Shown piece by piece: positions 1-6,999 of a stretch of 24,243 nt of DNA; position 1 is the first letter of the stretch; each line of letters starts with the position of its first letter. Origin of the DNA: a virus (lineage: Duplodnaviria > Caudoviricetes); IMG/VR virus record IMGVR_UViG_3300048886_000802, positions 1 to 24,243 of that record. One strand, written 5' to 3'. The position numbers were made by a program, and so were the translations under genes. The notes under the pieces are model-generated. The model was not told the DNA's origin and searched no databases. It saw nothing but the letters and a program-made list of their open reading frames with translations.

Positions 1-2
1 CG

Positions 3-446
3 GAGGGGTGTGGGTCTGCGGGGGATTTGAGGTTGAAGGGGTGGCCTGATTGGGGGGTGGTTCATGAGGTGGCGGATGTTTACGGGATTCGCCCTACCGT
101 CCCTGGGGAGAATTGGCATATGCAGTCTCGGCATGTTGATGGGTGGTTTCCGTCGCCGTATAAAATAGATGTGCCTGAGCCGGTGGATTTGGTGGCGATT
201 ATTGCTTACATCAAGGGTATGGCCGGGTATGTGTCGACTGTTCCTTTGAGGAGGGGAGATAGGGGTAGGGGGGGGTTTGTCAACATTTTGCAGGTTCGGT
301 TGGAGGAACTTGGTTACAACCCGGGGACCCCGGATGGTATTTTTGGCCGGAAGACGGAGAAGGCTGTGAAGAACCTTCAGCGGGTTTCTGGTTTGGTTCA
401 GGATGGTGTCGTCGGGGGGGAGACTTGGAAGGCGTTGTGGCCGTGA
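3..446 (+). CDS. Endolysin, 5'-truncated (M15-like Zn peptidase C-terminus plus peptidoglycan-binding domain)
   Basis: Frame is open back to the window edge (EGCGSAGDLRL...). GxAxD and ENWH match M15/LAS peptidase motifs. C-terminal LQVRLEELGY..DGIFGRKTEKAVKNLQ..GL..DGVVGGETW is a typical PG_binding_1 domain. Confidence 0.85.
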   Translation, partial: EGCGSAGDLRLKGWPDWGVVHEVADVYGIRPTVPGENWHMQSRHVDGWFPSPYKIDVPEPVDLVAIIAYIKGMAGYVSTVPLRRGDRGRGGFVNILQVRLEELGYNPGTPDGIFGRKTEKAVKNLQRVSGLVQDGVVGGETWKALWP

Positions 447-498
447 CTGATCCCGGTAGGGGAACCGTGGATCCATTTGAGGGGGAAAAGGGGGACTA

Positions 499-684
499 AT
501 GGGAAGCGTTACAAAACTGATCGTGGCCGTTACTGGACTACTGGTCGCTGTGGGCACACTTATCGGAGCAATCAGCGTGACCCTTGGCCGGTCATCTGAG
601 CCGGGATCGGGTGGGGTGATGATTGTGTTGAACAGCCCCGAGGCTTACGCCGAGTTTCTGAATAACCACCCGGCGGGTCGCTAG
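499..684 (+). CDS. Small membrane protein, holin-like candidate
   Basis: N-terminal hydrophobic helix LIVAVTGLLVAVGTLIGAISVTL, purine-rich RBS, directly after the endolysin. Confidence 0.6.
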   Translation: MGSVTKLIVAVTGLLVAVGTLIGAISVTLGRSSEPGSGGVMIVLNSPEAYAEFLNNHPAGR

Positions 685-696
685 GGAGGAGTTGGC

Positions 697-837
697 GTGC
701 GGGTTGGGAAATCCGGAAGAGTGCGAGTCCTGCTCATAGTTTCTATAGCGGGATTGCTGGTTTTCGTCTTCGGGGGAATTTTGGTGGCGTTCGCTGCTGC
801 GAGTTGGCAGACGTTGCGTGACTGGGCGGGGCCTTAA
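697..837 (+). CDS. Small single-pass membrane protein (46 aa, not in ORF track)
   Basis: GGGAGGA RBS 6 nt before GTG697. Translates as MRVGKSGRVRVLLIVSIAGLLVFVFGGILVAFAAASWQTLRDWAGP. Its stop overlaps the next start (TAATG). Confidence 0.65.
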   Translation: MRVGKSGRVRVLLIVSIAGLLVFVFGGILVAFAAASWQTLRDWAGP

Positions 838-1013
838 TGCCGACATACCGGTACCGGTGTATCGCCTGCGGGGAAGTGTTTGAGGTGCGGCAGACGTTCG
901 AGGAGGAACCGGTGACGATTTGCTCTTGCGGGAAACCGGCTATACGGGTGTATTCGTCGCCGTTTATCGAGTTTCGCGGGTCAGGGTTTTACTCGACGGA
1001 TAACGCTAGTTGA
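837..1013 (+). CDS. FmdB-family zinc-ribbon protein (58 aa, not in ORF track)
   Basis: MPTYRYRCIACGEVFEVRQTFEEEPVTICSCGKPAIRVYSSPFIEFRGSGFYSTDNAS carries the MPxYxYxCxxC start and the FxGSGFYSTD end typical of the family. Confidence 0.85.
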   Translation: MPTYRYRCIACGEVFEVRQTFEEEPVTICSCGKPAIRVYSSPFIEFRGSGFYSTDNAS

Positions 1014-1792
1014 GTTAACTGTTCCGCTATTTCCCTGAGTTGGTTCGCTACCGACGGTTGCTGCGCTTCAGCGGTTTCGATTTCGGCGCTTTCCTTCGCT
1101 TCGATCATCGCTGTGACGGCATCCCAGTTGACTTCGTTGATGTCGACGCCGAGGTTTTCTAGTTTGTAGTCGTCGATGTCCCACGCCATGTTGAACGGGG
1201 CGGTTGCGGCCCCGCCGTAGTAGCCGTCTAGCCACGCCCAGGTGACTGCTGTGTTGTCGGTGACTACGATGTTGTGGCGAACCCACTCGCCTCCGTCCAC
1301 ACGGCCCCGGATGTAGCCTTCATCGAAGTCGGTCTCACACTCAAACAGCACCGCAGGAGCACCTACTTTGAGTTGTCCAACTTTGACGGAGTCCCCCCAC
1401 TTGGGCTTCTGTCCCAAATGGTAGAAATACAGACCGATGGGCATGTAGCCGTCCTTGGTCTTGCCAAACCATGTGCGGAACGAGAACCCGTCAGGATTGG
1501 GCCGTCGGTTGCCGTGTCCATAGGATCGCCCCTTTTCATCTTTCCAACGAAGGTCAGCAAACCCGATTGTCTTTCCGGTACTGTGGGAGTTCCAGTTGGA
1601 TAACGTCCGAACCATGTAGGACACCTTCACATGGCGGGTCGGGGTGATTTCTTTATAAAGGGACGTTCCGTAATGTTGCCCTTCGCGGAACAGGATGCGT
1701 AACCCGTCGCCGCTTTTGTAGGCGTTATGGATTTTGCCCTTCCATGAATCCTCCCACCCTGGTTCAAATGTTTCATGCACGACGATGCCCAT
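989..1792 (-). CDS. Polysaccharide lyase family 14-like protein (putative depolymerase)
   Basis: Motif order VSYMV..GKTIGF..DGFSFRTW..LYFYH..WGDS..GYIRGRVDG..YYGG..P..IDD parallels PL14 (LSYxV..GGKLPG..GFSxRxMW..YxY..DG..FFGG). Has an acidic helical C-tail and a leaderless promoter. Confidence 0.65.
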   Translation of the reverse strand: MGIVVHETFEPGWEDSWKGKIHNAYKSGDGLRILFREGQHYGTSLYKEITPTRHVKVSYMVRTLSNWNSHSTGKTIGFADLRWKDEKGRSYGHGNRRPNPDGFSFRTWFGKTKDGYMPIGLYFYHLGQKPKWGDSVKVGQLKVGAPAVLFECETDFDEGYIRGRVDGGEWVRHNIVVTDNTAVTWAWLDGYYGGAATAPFNMAWDIDDYKLENLGVDINEVNWDAVTAMIEAKESAEIETAEAQQPSVANQLREIAEQLTQLALSVE

Positions 1793-1798
1793 GAGTGG

Positions 1799-1804
1799 AT
1801 TCTA
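1799..1804 (-). promoter_or_regulatory. -10 element TAGAAT of a leaderless promoter for the lyase gene
   Basis: Minus strand reads TAGAAT-CCACTC-ATG, 6 nt before the start codon, with no SD. Confidence 0.6.
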
Positions 1805-1876
1805 ACCCCGTCCCCTCGGGTTTACGTGAACCCTCGTGTGGTTTAATGCATTATGGGCGAAATGCGGGGCCTGTTG

Positions 1877-1999
1877 ATGGATGATGATCTTTTACAGTTT
1901 TTGAGGGAGGAATGGGCGGCTCGCAGCGAGTCCCAGGATGAGGGGGAGTTCATGCTGTTTGTGAAAATTTTTGTGGAAATGTTGGGCTTAGAGGACTAG
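1877..1999 (+). CDS. Small acidic hypothetical protein (40 aa; in-frame ATGs also at 1853 and 1862)
   Basis: MDDDLLQFLREEWAARSESQDEGEFMLFVKIFVEMLGLED fills the gap before the HIT gene; no homology recognised. Confidence 0.35.
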   Translation: MDDDLLQFLREEWAARSESQDEGEFMLFVKIFVEMLGLED

Positions 2000-2008
2000 T
2001 CCACTACG

Positions 2009-2497
2009 GTGGACGAGGCATTAGCCAAGGAAGTAGCGCTTGTGGAACCCGGAGTTCGTGTAGAAGCGACAGGCCCACCGAAGGAGGACTGTCCGTTCTG
2101 CGACATCGTTGGGTCAAGGATGGGGTGGAAGCGCAGGTCATCCGGTGTCGTTATCGGCCGATCCGCTGCCACGTTTCCCGACAACTACCCGGTCGCGCCC
2201 GACCACATGCTGGTGGTTCCACGCAGGCATGTCACATCAGTGCTCCAACTGGACCGAGATGAAACAAGCGATCTGTGGTCGATGGTTAACCTCGTGGTAG
2301 ATCAACTCAAAGTCAAAGGGATCACCGACATGAATATCGGCACGAACGTTGGGGCTCTCGCTGGCCAGACGATAGAACATGCCCATGTCCATGTGATTCC
2401 CCGCCGAGAGGGCGACGTGAAAGACCCGCGTGGCGGAGTTCGATGGGTGATCCCCGAGAAGGCTCGCTACTGGACGATGCATAACTACCCGGCATGA
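2009..2497 (+). CDS. HIT-family nucleotide hydrolase (start uncertain)
   Basis: CPFC, YPVAPDHMLVVPRRHV, NIGTNVGALAGQTI, histidine triad HAHVHVIPR and the C-terminal DPRGGVR typical of bacterial/phage HIT proteins. Confidence 0.92.
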   Translation: MDEALAKEVALVEPGVRVEATGPPKEDCPFCDIVGSRMGWKRRSSGVVIGRSAATFPDNYPVAPDHMLVVPRRHVTSVLQLDRDETSDLWSMVNLVVDQLKVKGITDMNIGTNVGALAGQTIEHAHVHVIPRREGDVKDPRGGVRWVIPEKARYWTMHNYPA

Positions 2498-2527
2498 AGA
2501 AGCACAAGCAGCAACACAAGGTGGCTG

Positions 2528-2571
2528 TGTGACATCTGTCACGGTGGAAACGTCAACTATGGTGGTATAGT
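2528..2571 (+). promoter_or_regulatory. CRP/GlxR-like palindrome plus extended -10 promoter
   Basis: TGTGA-CATCTG-TCACG (2528-2543) and TG-G-TATAGT (2563-2571) in the intergenic region upstream of the GHKL gene. Confidence 0.5.
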
Positions 2572-2663
2572 AGAAGTGCGGCCAGCGAACTGGCGTACAC
2601 CCATTGCGCTTCCGCCGCTTTCAACTACCCAACCCTCAACGACCTGACCCGAGGAAGAAAGAC

Positions 2664-4097
2664 ATGAATAACTGGTTTGACATCGACAAGGACGGTTTTG
2701 GCCAACTCATGGCCGACCGCCCAAAGGTCGCACTCCTATATGACTTGCTGCAGAACGTTTTCGATGAAGACGCCACTACGGCAGACGTGACCCTTCTCCC
2801 AACGGGGAAGGGGACTGGCGTGCTGACTGTGAGGGACGACTGCCCTGACGGGTTCCAGGATTTGCGTGACGCGTACACCCTGTACCGCCCATCGAAGAAG
2901 AAGGGCGACCCGCACAAGCGGGGTCGTTTCAACGAAGGGGAAAAGTTCGTTCTATCCCAGTGCGTGTGGGCGACGATCAGGTCGACCACGGGGACGGTGA
3001 TGTTCAACTCTGATGGAACGCGGACAATGTCTTCCGAAGCCTCAGAGAAGGGGAGCGTGTTTGAGGCTGAAGTCAAGTTGAGCGAGAAGGAAATCAAGGA
3101 AATGATTTCCGATGTTCAGCAGGTGATCGTTCCTGATGGTTTCACTGTTCTGATGAACATGGAAGCAATCGGTGACCGTGGGGTGCTTCACGCCATCAAC
3201 GGGATCACGTTGCCTACGGTGCGCCTAGCCGACGATGGGGCGCTCCGGGCGACGAGGCGCTCTACGTCCGTTGACGTTGTCGCCGTCCGCGATGGGGAAA
3301 CCCCGCTCCTTTACGAAATGGGAATCCCGGTCGTGGAGATCGACACCCCATGGCATATCAACGTAGGGCAGAAGATCCCGTTGAACCGCGACAGGGACAA
3401 TGTGACCCCTTCATATCGGAGGGAACTGTTGGCGGCGGTTCTGGATCGGACTGTCAACTTGTTGGACAGTGATGTCGCTGCGGAGTCGTGGGTGAAAGAC
3501 GCCCTCCCGAGCGCCTCTGCTGAAACTGTCCGAACGGCGACAGACAAGATGTTCGGCAAGGGGTGGGTTATCGGCACGCCTACTGACAGGGAGGCTGACA
3601 AGAACGCTCTTGAGCACGGTAAAACGGTTGTGGGTGGTGGGTCTCTCTCGAAGGCGGCGTGGGTTGCTATTCGAGAATCGGATGCGGCGGCGTCGTCTGC
3701 CACGGAGTGGAGTCTCAGGCCGGAACGAGGCAACGCTGACCCGGTGCGTGCGGAGACAACCCCGTTCGTTACCGCACTGAAGCGGTATTCCGCAAAGATG
3801 TGCAAGCATCTGATGGGGGAGGATTACATCGAGATCGACGTATGGGACGAGCCGTCCTCTAAGTATTCTGGGTTGAATTGTGGGCGGAGAATCGTCATCA
3901 ACTTGGCGGGCCTGAGGGCTGGCGGAGCCTTTAGGGACAAGGAGACGTTTGGTCTGCACCTGGACGATCTGTTGATCCATGAGTGCGCTCACAAATTTTC
4001 CTCGGACCATTTGTCGATGACGTATGTAAATGCGTGTACGCGTCTTGGTGCCTTGTCGAGGACCCTGTCGGCTTCGTGGCGGGTAGACCTGCCGTAG
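2664..4097 (+). CDS. GHKL (Hsp90/MutL/gyrase-like) ATPase-fold protein with C-terminal HExxH zincin motif
   Basis: ATG2664 follows GAGGA. N-box DLLQNVFD, G1-like VRDDCPDG, G2 GRFNEGEK, and C-terminal LLIHECAHKFSSDH. Confidence 0.75.
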   Translation: MNNWFDIDKDGFGQLMADRPKVALLYDLLQNVFDEDATTADVTLLPTGKGTGVLTVRDDCPDGFQDLRDAYTLYRPSKKKGDPHKRGRFNEGEKFVLSQCVWATIRSTTGTVMFNSDGTRTMSSEASEKGSVFEAEVKLSEKEIKEMISDVQQVIVPDGFTVLMNMEAIGDRGVLHAINGITLPTVRLADDGALRATRRSTSVDVVAVRDGETPLLYEMGIPVVEIDTPWHINVGQKIPLNRDRDNVTPSYRRELLAAVLDRTVNLLDSDVAAESWVKDALPSASAETVRTATDKMFGKGWVIGTPTDREADKNALEHGKTVVGGGSLSKAAWVAIRESDAAASSATEWSLRPERGNADPVRAETTPFVTALKRYSAKMCKHLMGEDYIEIDVWDEPSSKYSGLNCGRRIVINLAGLRAGGAFRDKETFGLHLDDLLIHECAHKFSSDHLSMTYVNACTRLGALSRTLSASWRVDLP

Positions 4098-4169
4098 TTA
4101 AGGTGGCGCTGCTGATCCTGCAAGTCGCAGGGCAATAACAACAATAACAATAAGATTACTAAGGAGAAG

Positions 4170-5024
4170 ATGATGGAGACTAATGGTACGGCCGGAGAGA
4201 ACCACTTCGAGTTCAGGGTGGTGGCGCAAGAGTTCGCACCGATCTTCAAGGCGGTAGTGGAGCACTTCTGCTCTAAAGACGGGGCAAGGCCCGGCTTGAC
4301 GGGTGTGCTACTCAGGTTCGACCAACGCCCCCGCCCGGACGGCGGCATGGGCAGTTATCTGACCGCCGTGGGCACCGACTCCGTCAAGTTGGCGGTATTC
4401 CCGATTCCCGCAGCGGATTGGAACCACGACAGGAGCATCCGAGAGGACGGGCCGTGGCTCATTCCCGGACATGAGTGTCGGGCAATCGTGCAGATGTTCG
4501 CGACCCTCGGCACCCACGGTGTCTGTCGTCTGGCCATCCGTCAGTCAGAGCGGGTAGATGCTGAAGGCGAAGTGGACGACCGCCACTTTGGCGAGTTCAC
4601 CCTGACCAACGGGTTTGGATCACACGTTGGGGGGAAGGTTGTGAAGGGCGAGTTGTTCCCCCGGTACCAGAGCCTGTTCGAGTTGACGGAGGGCAAGGAG
4701 AACGAGGCGTCGCTGTTCAATGCTGCACTTCTCAGCGAGGTTGTGTCCGCTTTCGGCTGCTACGGAGAGGCCCAGTCGATGGGCTTTGATGACGGGGGGA
4801 TCGTGACCCCGATGGTTCATGTGGCTAGTCATGACCTATCTCCGACCACGTTCACCATGCCTAATCCTTGGCAGCCCGTCGTTGACCCGACTCCGATGGC
4901 TTTGCTCATGCCCGTGCGTGGGCCAACTCCGGAGCAACGCTTCCACAGCCCGGATGATGAGGACGGGGATGGTGCAGCGAAGCAGGCGCGGGATTCCTTC
5001 AAGGTGATCGCGGGCGAGGGGTAA
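4170..5024 (+). CDS. DNA polymerase III beta-clamp-like protein (domains II-III only)
   Basis: ARPGLTGV, LTAVGTDSVKLA, GELFPRYQSL, FNAALLSE and ALLMPVR match the central and C-terminal DnaN motifs. AAGGAG RBS. Confidence 0.75.
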   Translation: MMETNGTAGENHFEFRVVAQEFAPIFKAVVEHFCSKDGARPGLTGVLLRFDQRPRPDGGMGSYLTAVGTDSVKLAVFPIPAADWNHDRSIREDGPWLIPGHECRAIVQMFATLGTHGVCRLAIRQSERVDAEGEVDDRHFGEFTLTNGFGSHVGGKVVKGELFPRYQSLFELTEGKENEASLFNAALLSEVVSAFGCYGEAQSMGFDDGGIVTPMVHVASHDLSPTTFTMPNPWQPVVDPTPMALLMPVRGPTPEQRFHSPDDEDGDGAAKQARDSFKVIAGEG

Positions 5025-5064
5025 TGAAGAAACTCGTCAGTTGAGAAAAGATGGCTACCAAAGG

Positions 5065-5093
5065 TTGCGTTAGTCAACTGGAGGCGGTACGGT
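5065..5093 (+). promoter_or_regulatory. Sigma70-type promoter
   Basis: TTGCGT-17 nt-TACGGT in the intergenic region before 5170. Confidence 0.45.
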
Positions 5094-5169
5094 CATTTGT
5101 ACGTTCATATTGGTCCTGGGCACGACCCGTAAAGGCCCTTCTAACACTTGACAATAAAGGAGAAACATC

Positions 5170-5412
5170 ATGGCAACCAAAGTTGCTGCAATGCCGACCG
5201 CTGCCACCAGGAGTGGCAGGGCACCCATGTACCCATGGTCCTTATGGCTCGATGGCAGCATTTGGAAACTCACCAAGGGTGAGGACTTCAAGCACGAGGC
5301 CAACGATTTCCGTCCCCAGGTCTATATGGCTGCGAGGACGCGTGGCCTCGTTGTTCACACGAGCACGGACGGCGACGACCTCTACGTTCAGGTCGACTTC
5401 AAAGGAGCGTAG
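5170..5412 (+). CDS. Small phage protein, probable DNA-binding (YPW..WLDG type)
   Basis: Strong RBS TAAAGGAG. GRAPMYPWSLWLDGSIWKLTKGEDF..FR..AARTRG resembles small phage proteins with a GR..YPW motif; the function is inferred. Confidence 0.65.
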   Translation: MATKVAAMPTAATRSGRAPMYPWSLWLDGSIWKLTKGEDFKHEANDFRPQVYMAARTRGLVVHTSTDGDDLYVQVDFKGA

Positions 5413-5438
5413 GCAATCGCGCGGGGGTGCGCGCTGAC

Positions 5439-5466
5439 GGGGGCCCGGCAACAGTCGGGCCCCCTT
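5439..5466 (+). terminator. GC-rich hairpin, probable terminator
   Basis: GGGGGCCCGGC-AACA-GTCGGGCCCCC is an 11-bp stem (one G-U) followed by TTAAGCGTTTT. Confidence 0.6.
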
Positions 5467-5543
5467 AAGCGTTTTAAGACAAAACGAGGGGCCCACCTAC
5501 ATGATGGTTCATGTCCCCCTGCTACCAGAAAGACGAAAACGAT

Positions 5544-5858
5544 ATGCCAGATATTTACAACGACAACGGAACGATTCTTTACATTTTGGAAGAGGGCGAC
5601 ATCCCGGCGTATCCGTATTGGAAGGCGTTTATGCGGGTTGCTTACTCGACGGAGAATGTAGAAAGCAGCAACGACATTTTCGTGTTCAGAGACACCGAGG
5701 GTGGCATTATCGCTATTCAGATGCCAGACCCTGTCAACGATGCAGGACATCCGAAAGAAGCCGTGATCTCTACGCTGCGGACTATCATCGATGAAGACGA
5801 AATGTCTCTTCTCATCGACCATTTGGTAGAAGCCCGCAAGGAGTTGGAGAATCTGTGA
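5544..5858 (+). CDS. Hypothetical acidic protein (alternative start 5511)
   Basis: Fills the gap; its stop overlaps the exonuclease start (GTGA). Confidence 0.6.
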   Translation: MPDIYNDNGTILYILEEGDIPAYPYWKAFMRVAYSTENVESSNDIFVFRDTEGGIIAIQMPDPVNDAGHPKEAVISTLRTIIDEDEMSLLIDHLVEARKELENL

Positions 5859-6652
5859 CCACCCCGAAGATACCGACTGTCAAGGAAAACGATTCGCGCC
5901 TTTACCTGTGGGACGGGGGCAAGCACCCAGGGGTCACTTCTGTCGTTGGGATGCTGCCGAAACCGGCGTTGCAGTATTGGGCGGCGAAGAAGGTCGCTGA
6001 GGCTGCGATAGAGAAGGGGCAGTGCGTTGAACGCGACCTGAACTGGTTGAAGGCAGCGCCACGCCGCGACTTGAATAAGGCAGCGACAGCGGGGACGAAC
6101 GTCCATGACACGTTGGATCGGATCATCACTGAGGGGTTGACTGACATCCCTCCCGATGAAGAGGATTTCATTCGTGGCTTTGACCAATTCCGGGAGCGCT
6201 TCAACCCTCAATGGGTGACAACTGAGCAGACGGTGTTCGGGGAGTGCGACGGCAACGGGTACGCCGGTTCGTTTGATGCGATTGTCCGCATTGACGACGA
6301 GTGGAGCACCAATACCGATCCAAACGAAACATGGCTGATTGATTTTAAGACAACCCGGTCTGGCGTCCATCCGGAGGTCGCTATCCAGTTGGCTGCGTAT
6401 GCGAACGCTAGGGAAATCATTCACCCGGATGGTTCATCGGAACCGATGCCCCGCATCGACAGATGCGGCGTGTTGTGGTTGCGGCCGGACGAGTGGGCGT
6501 TTGTTGAAGTCAATGCTTCACAAAGCCCCGGTGATCCATTCTTTGAAACCTTCGGGGCGCTACTAAAGGCGTGGCATTGGGATAACGGAATGAAGTCTTC
6601 TGCTATTGGCGTTCCGTTGGCATCCGGCAACGCGCAACACCCTCTCTTCTAG
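5855..6652 (+). CDS. PD-(D/E)xK exonuclease (RecB/Cas4-like phage type)
   Basis: PGVTSV, GTNVHD, YAGSFDAI, LIDFKT and QLAAYANA motifs. Confidence 0.88.
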   Translation: MTTPKIPTVKENDSRLYLWDGGKHPGVTSVVGMLPKPALQYWAAKKVAEAAIEKGQCVERDLNWLKAAPRRDLNKAATAGTNVHDTLDRIITEGLTDIPPDEEDFIRGFDQFRERFNPQWVTTEQTVFGECDGNGYAGSFDAIVRIDDEWSTNTDPNETWLIDFKTTRSGVHPEVAIQLAAYANAREIIHPDGSSEPMPRIDRCGVLWLRPDEWAFVEVNASQSPGDPFFETFGALLKAWHWDNGMKSSAIGVPLASGNAQHPLF

Positions 6653-6661
6653 GATGGTCGT

Positions 6662-6955
6662 ATGAGTAACTTTATCTATTCCTTTGGTGGGCCCCCTCCG
6701 GTTGCGGCCGAGTCGAAAACGGGTCCTGAAATCAGAACTGATCGCATTCGGCGCTTGGCAGTATTCGTCGCCCAGTTCTGGCAGGAGCATCGGTACGGTC
6801 CAACGCTCCGAGAAATCCAAGCAGCGGTCGGCGTTCCGTCGCTGACGACGGTCCGTGAGGATCTTCGAACACTGGCCAGCGACGGTTACGTGACTTACAA
6901 TTTGCGCCAGGCACGCACGCTCGTGCCGACGGATCGGCTATTATCAGAACTGTAG
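6662..6955 (+). CDS. LexA-like winged-helix DNA-binding protein lacking the peptidase domain
   Basis: YGPTLREIQAAVGVPSLTTVREDLRTLASDGYV..ARTL matches the LexA N-terminal domain; 97 aa leaves no room for an S24 domain. Confidence 0.8.
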   Translation: MSNFIYSFGGPPPVAAESKTGPEIRTDRIRRLAVFVAQFWQEHRYGPTLREIQAAVGVPSLTTVREDLRTLASDGYVTYNLRQARTLVPTDRLLSEL

Positions 6956-6999
6956 GGATGATCCCTGCGCCTATAAGCAACGACTGACAGGAGAAAGAC

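Noticed and set aside
5051-5437. 128-aa ORF overlapping the 5170 gene
   Set aside because: Weak RBS, it spans the predicted promoter, and the 5170 frame has a strong SD and a recognisable motif.
5855-6652. Cas4/CRISPR system
   Set aside because: No array, no other cas genes and no four-Cys Fe-S pattern; it reads as an ordinary phage exonuclease.
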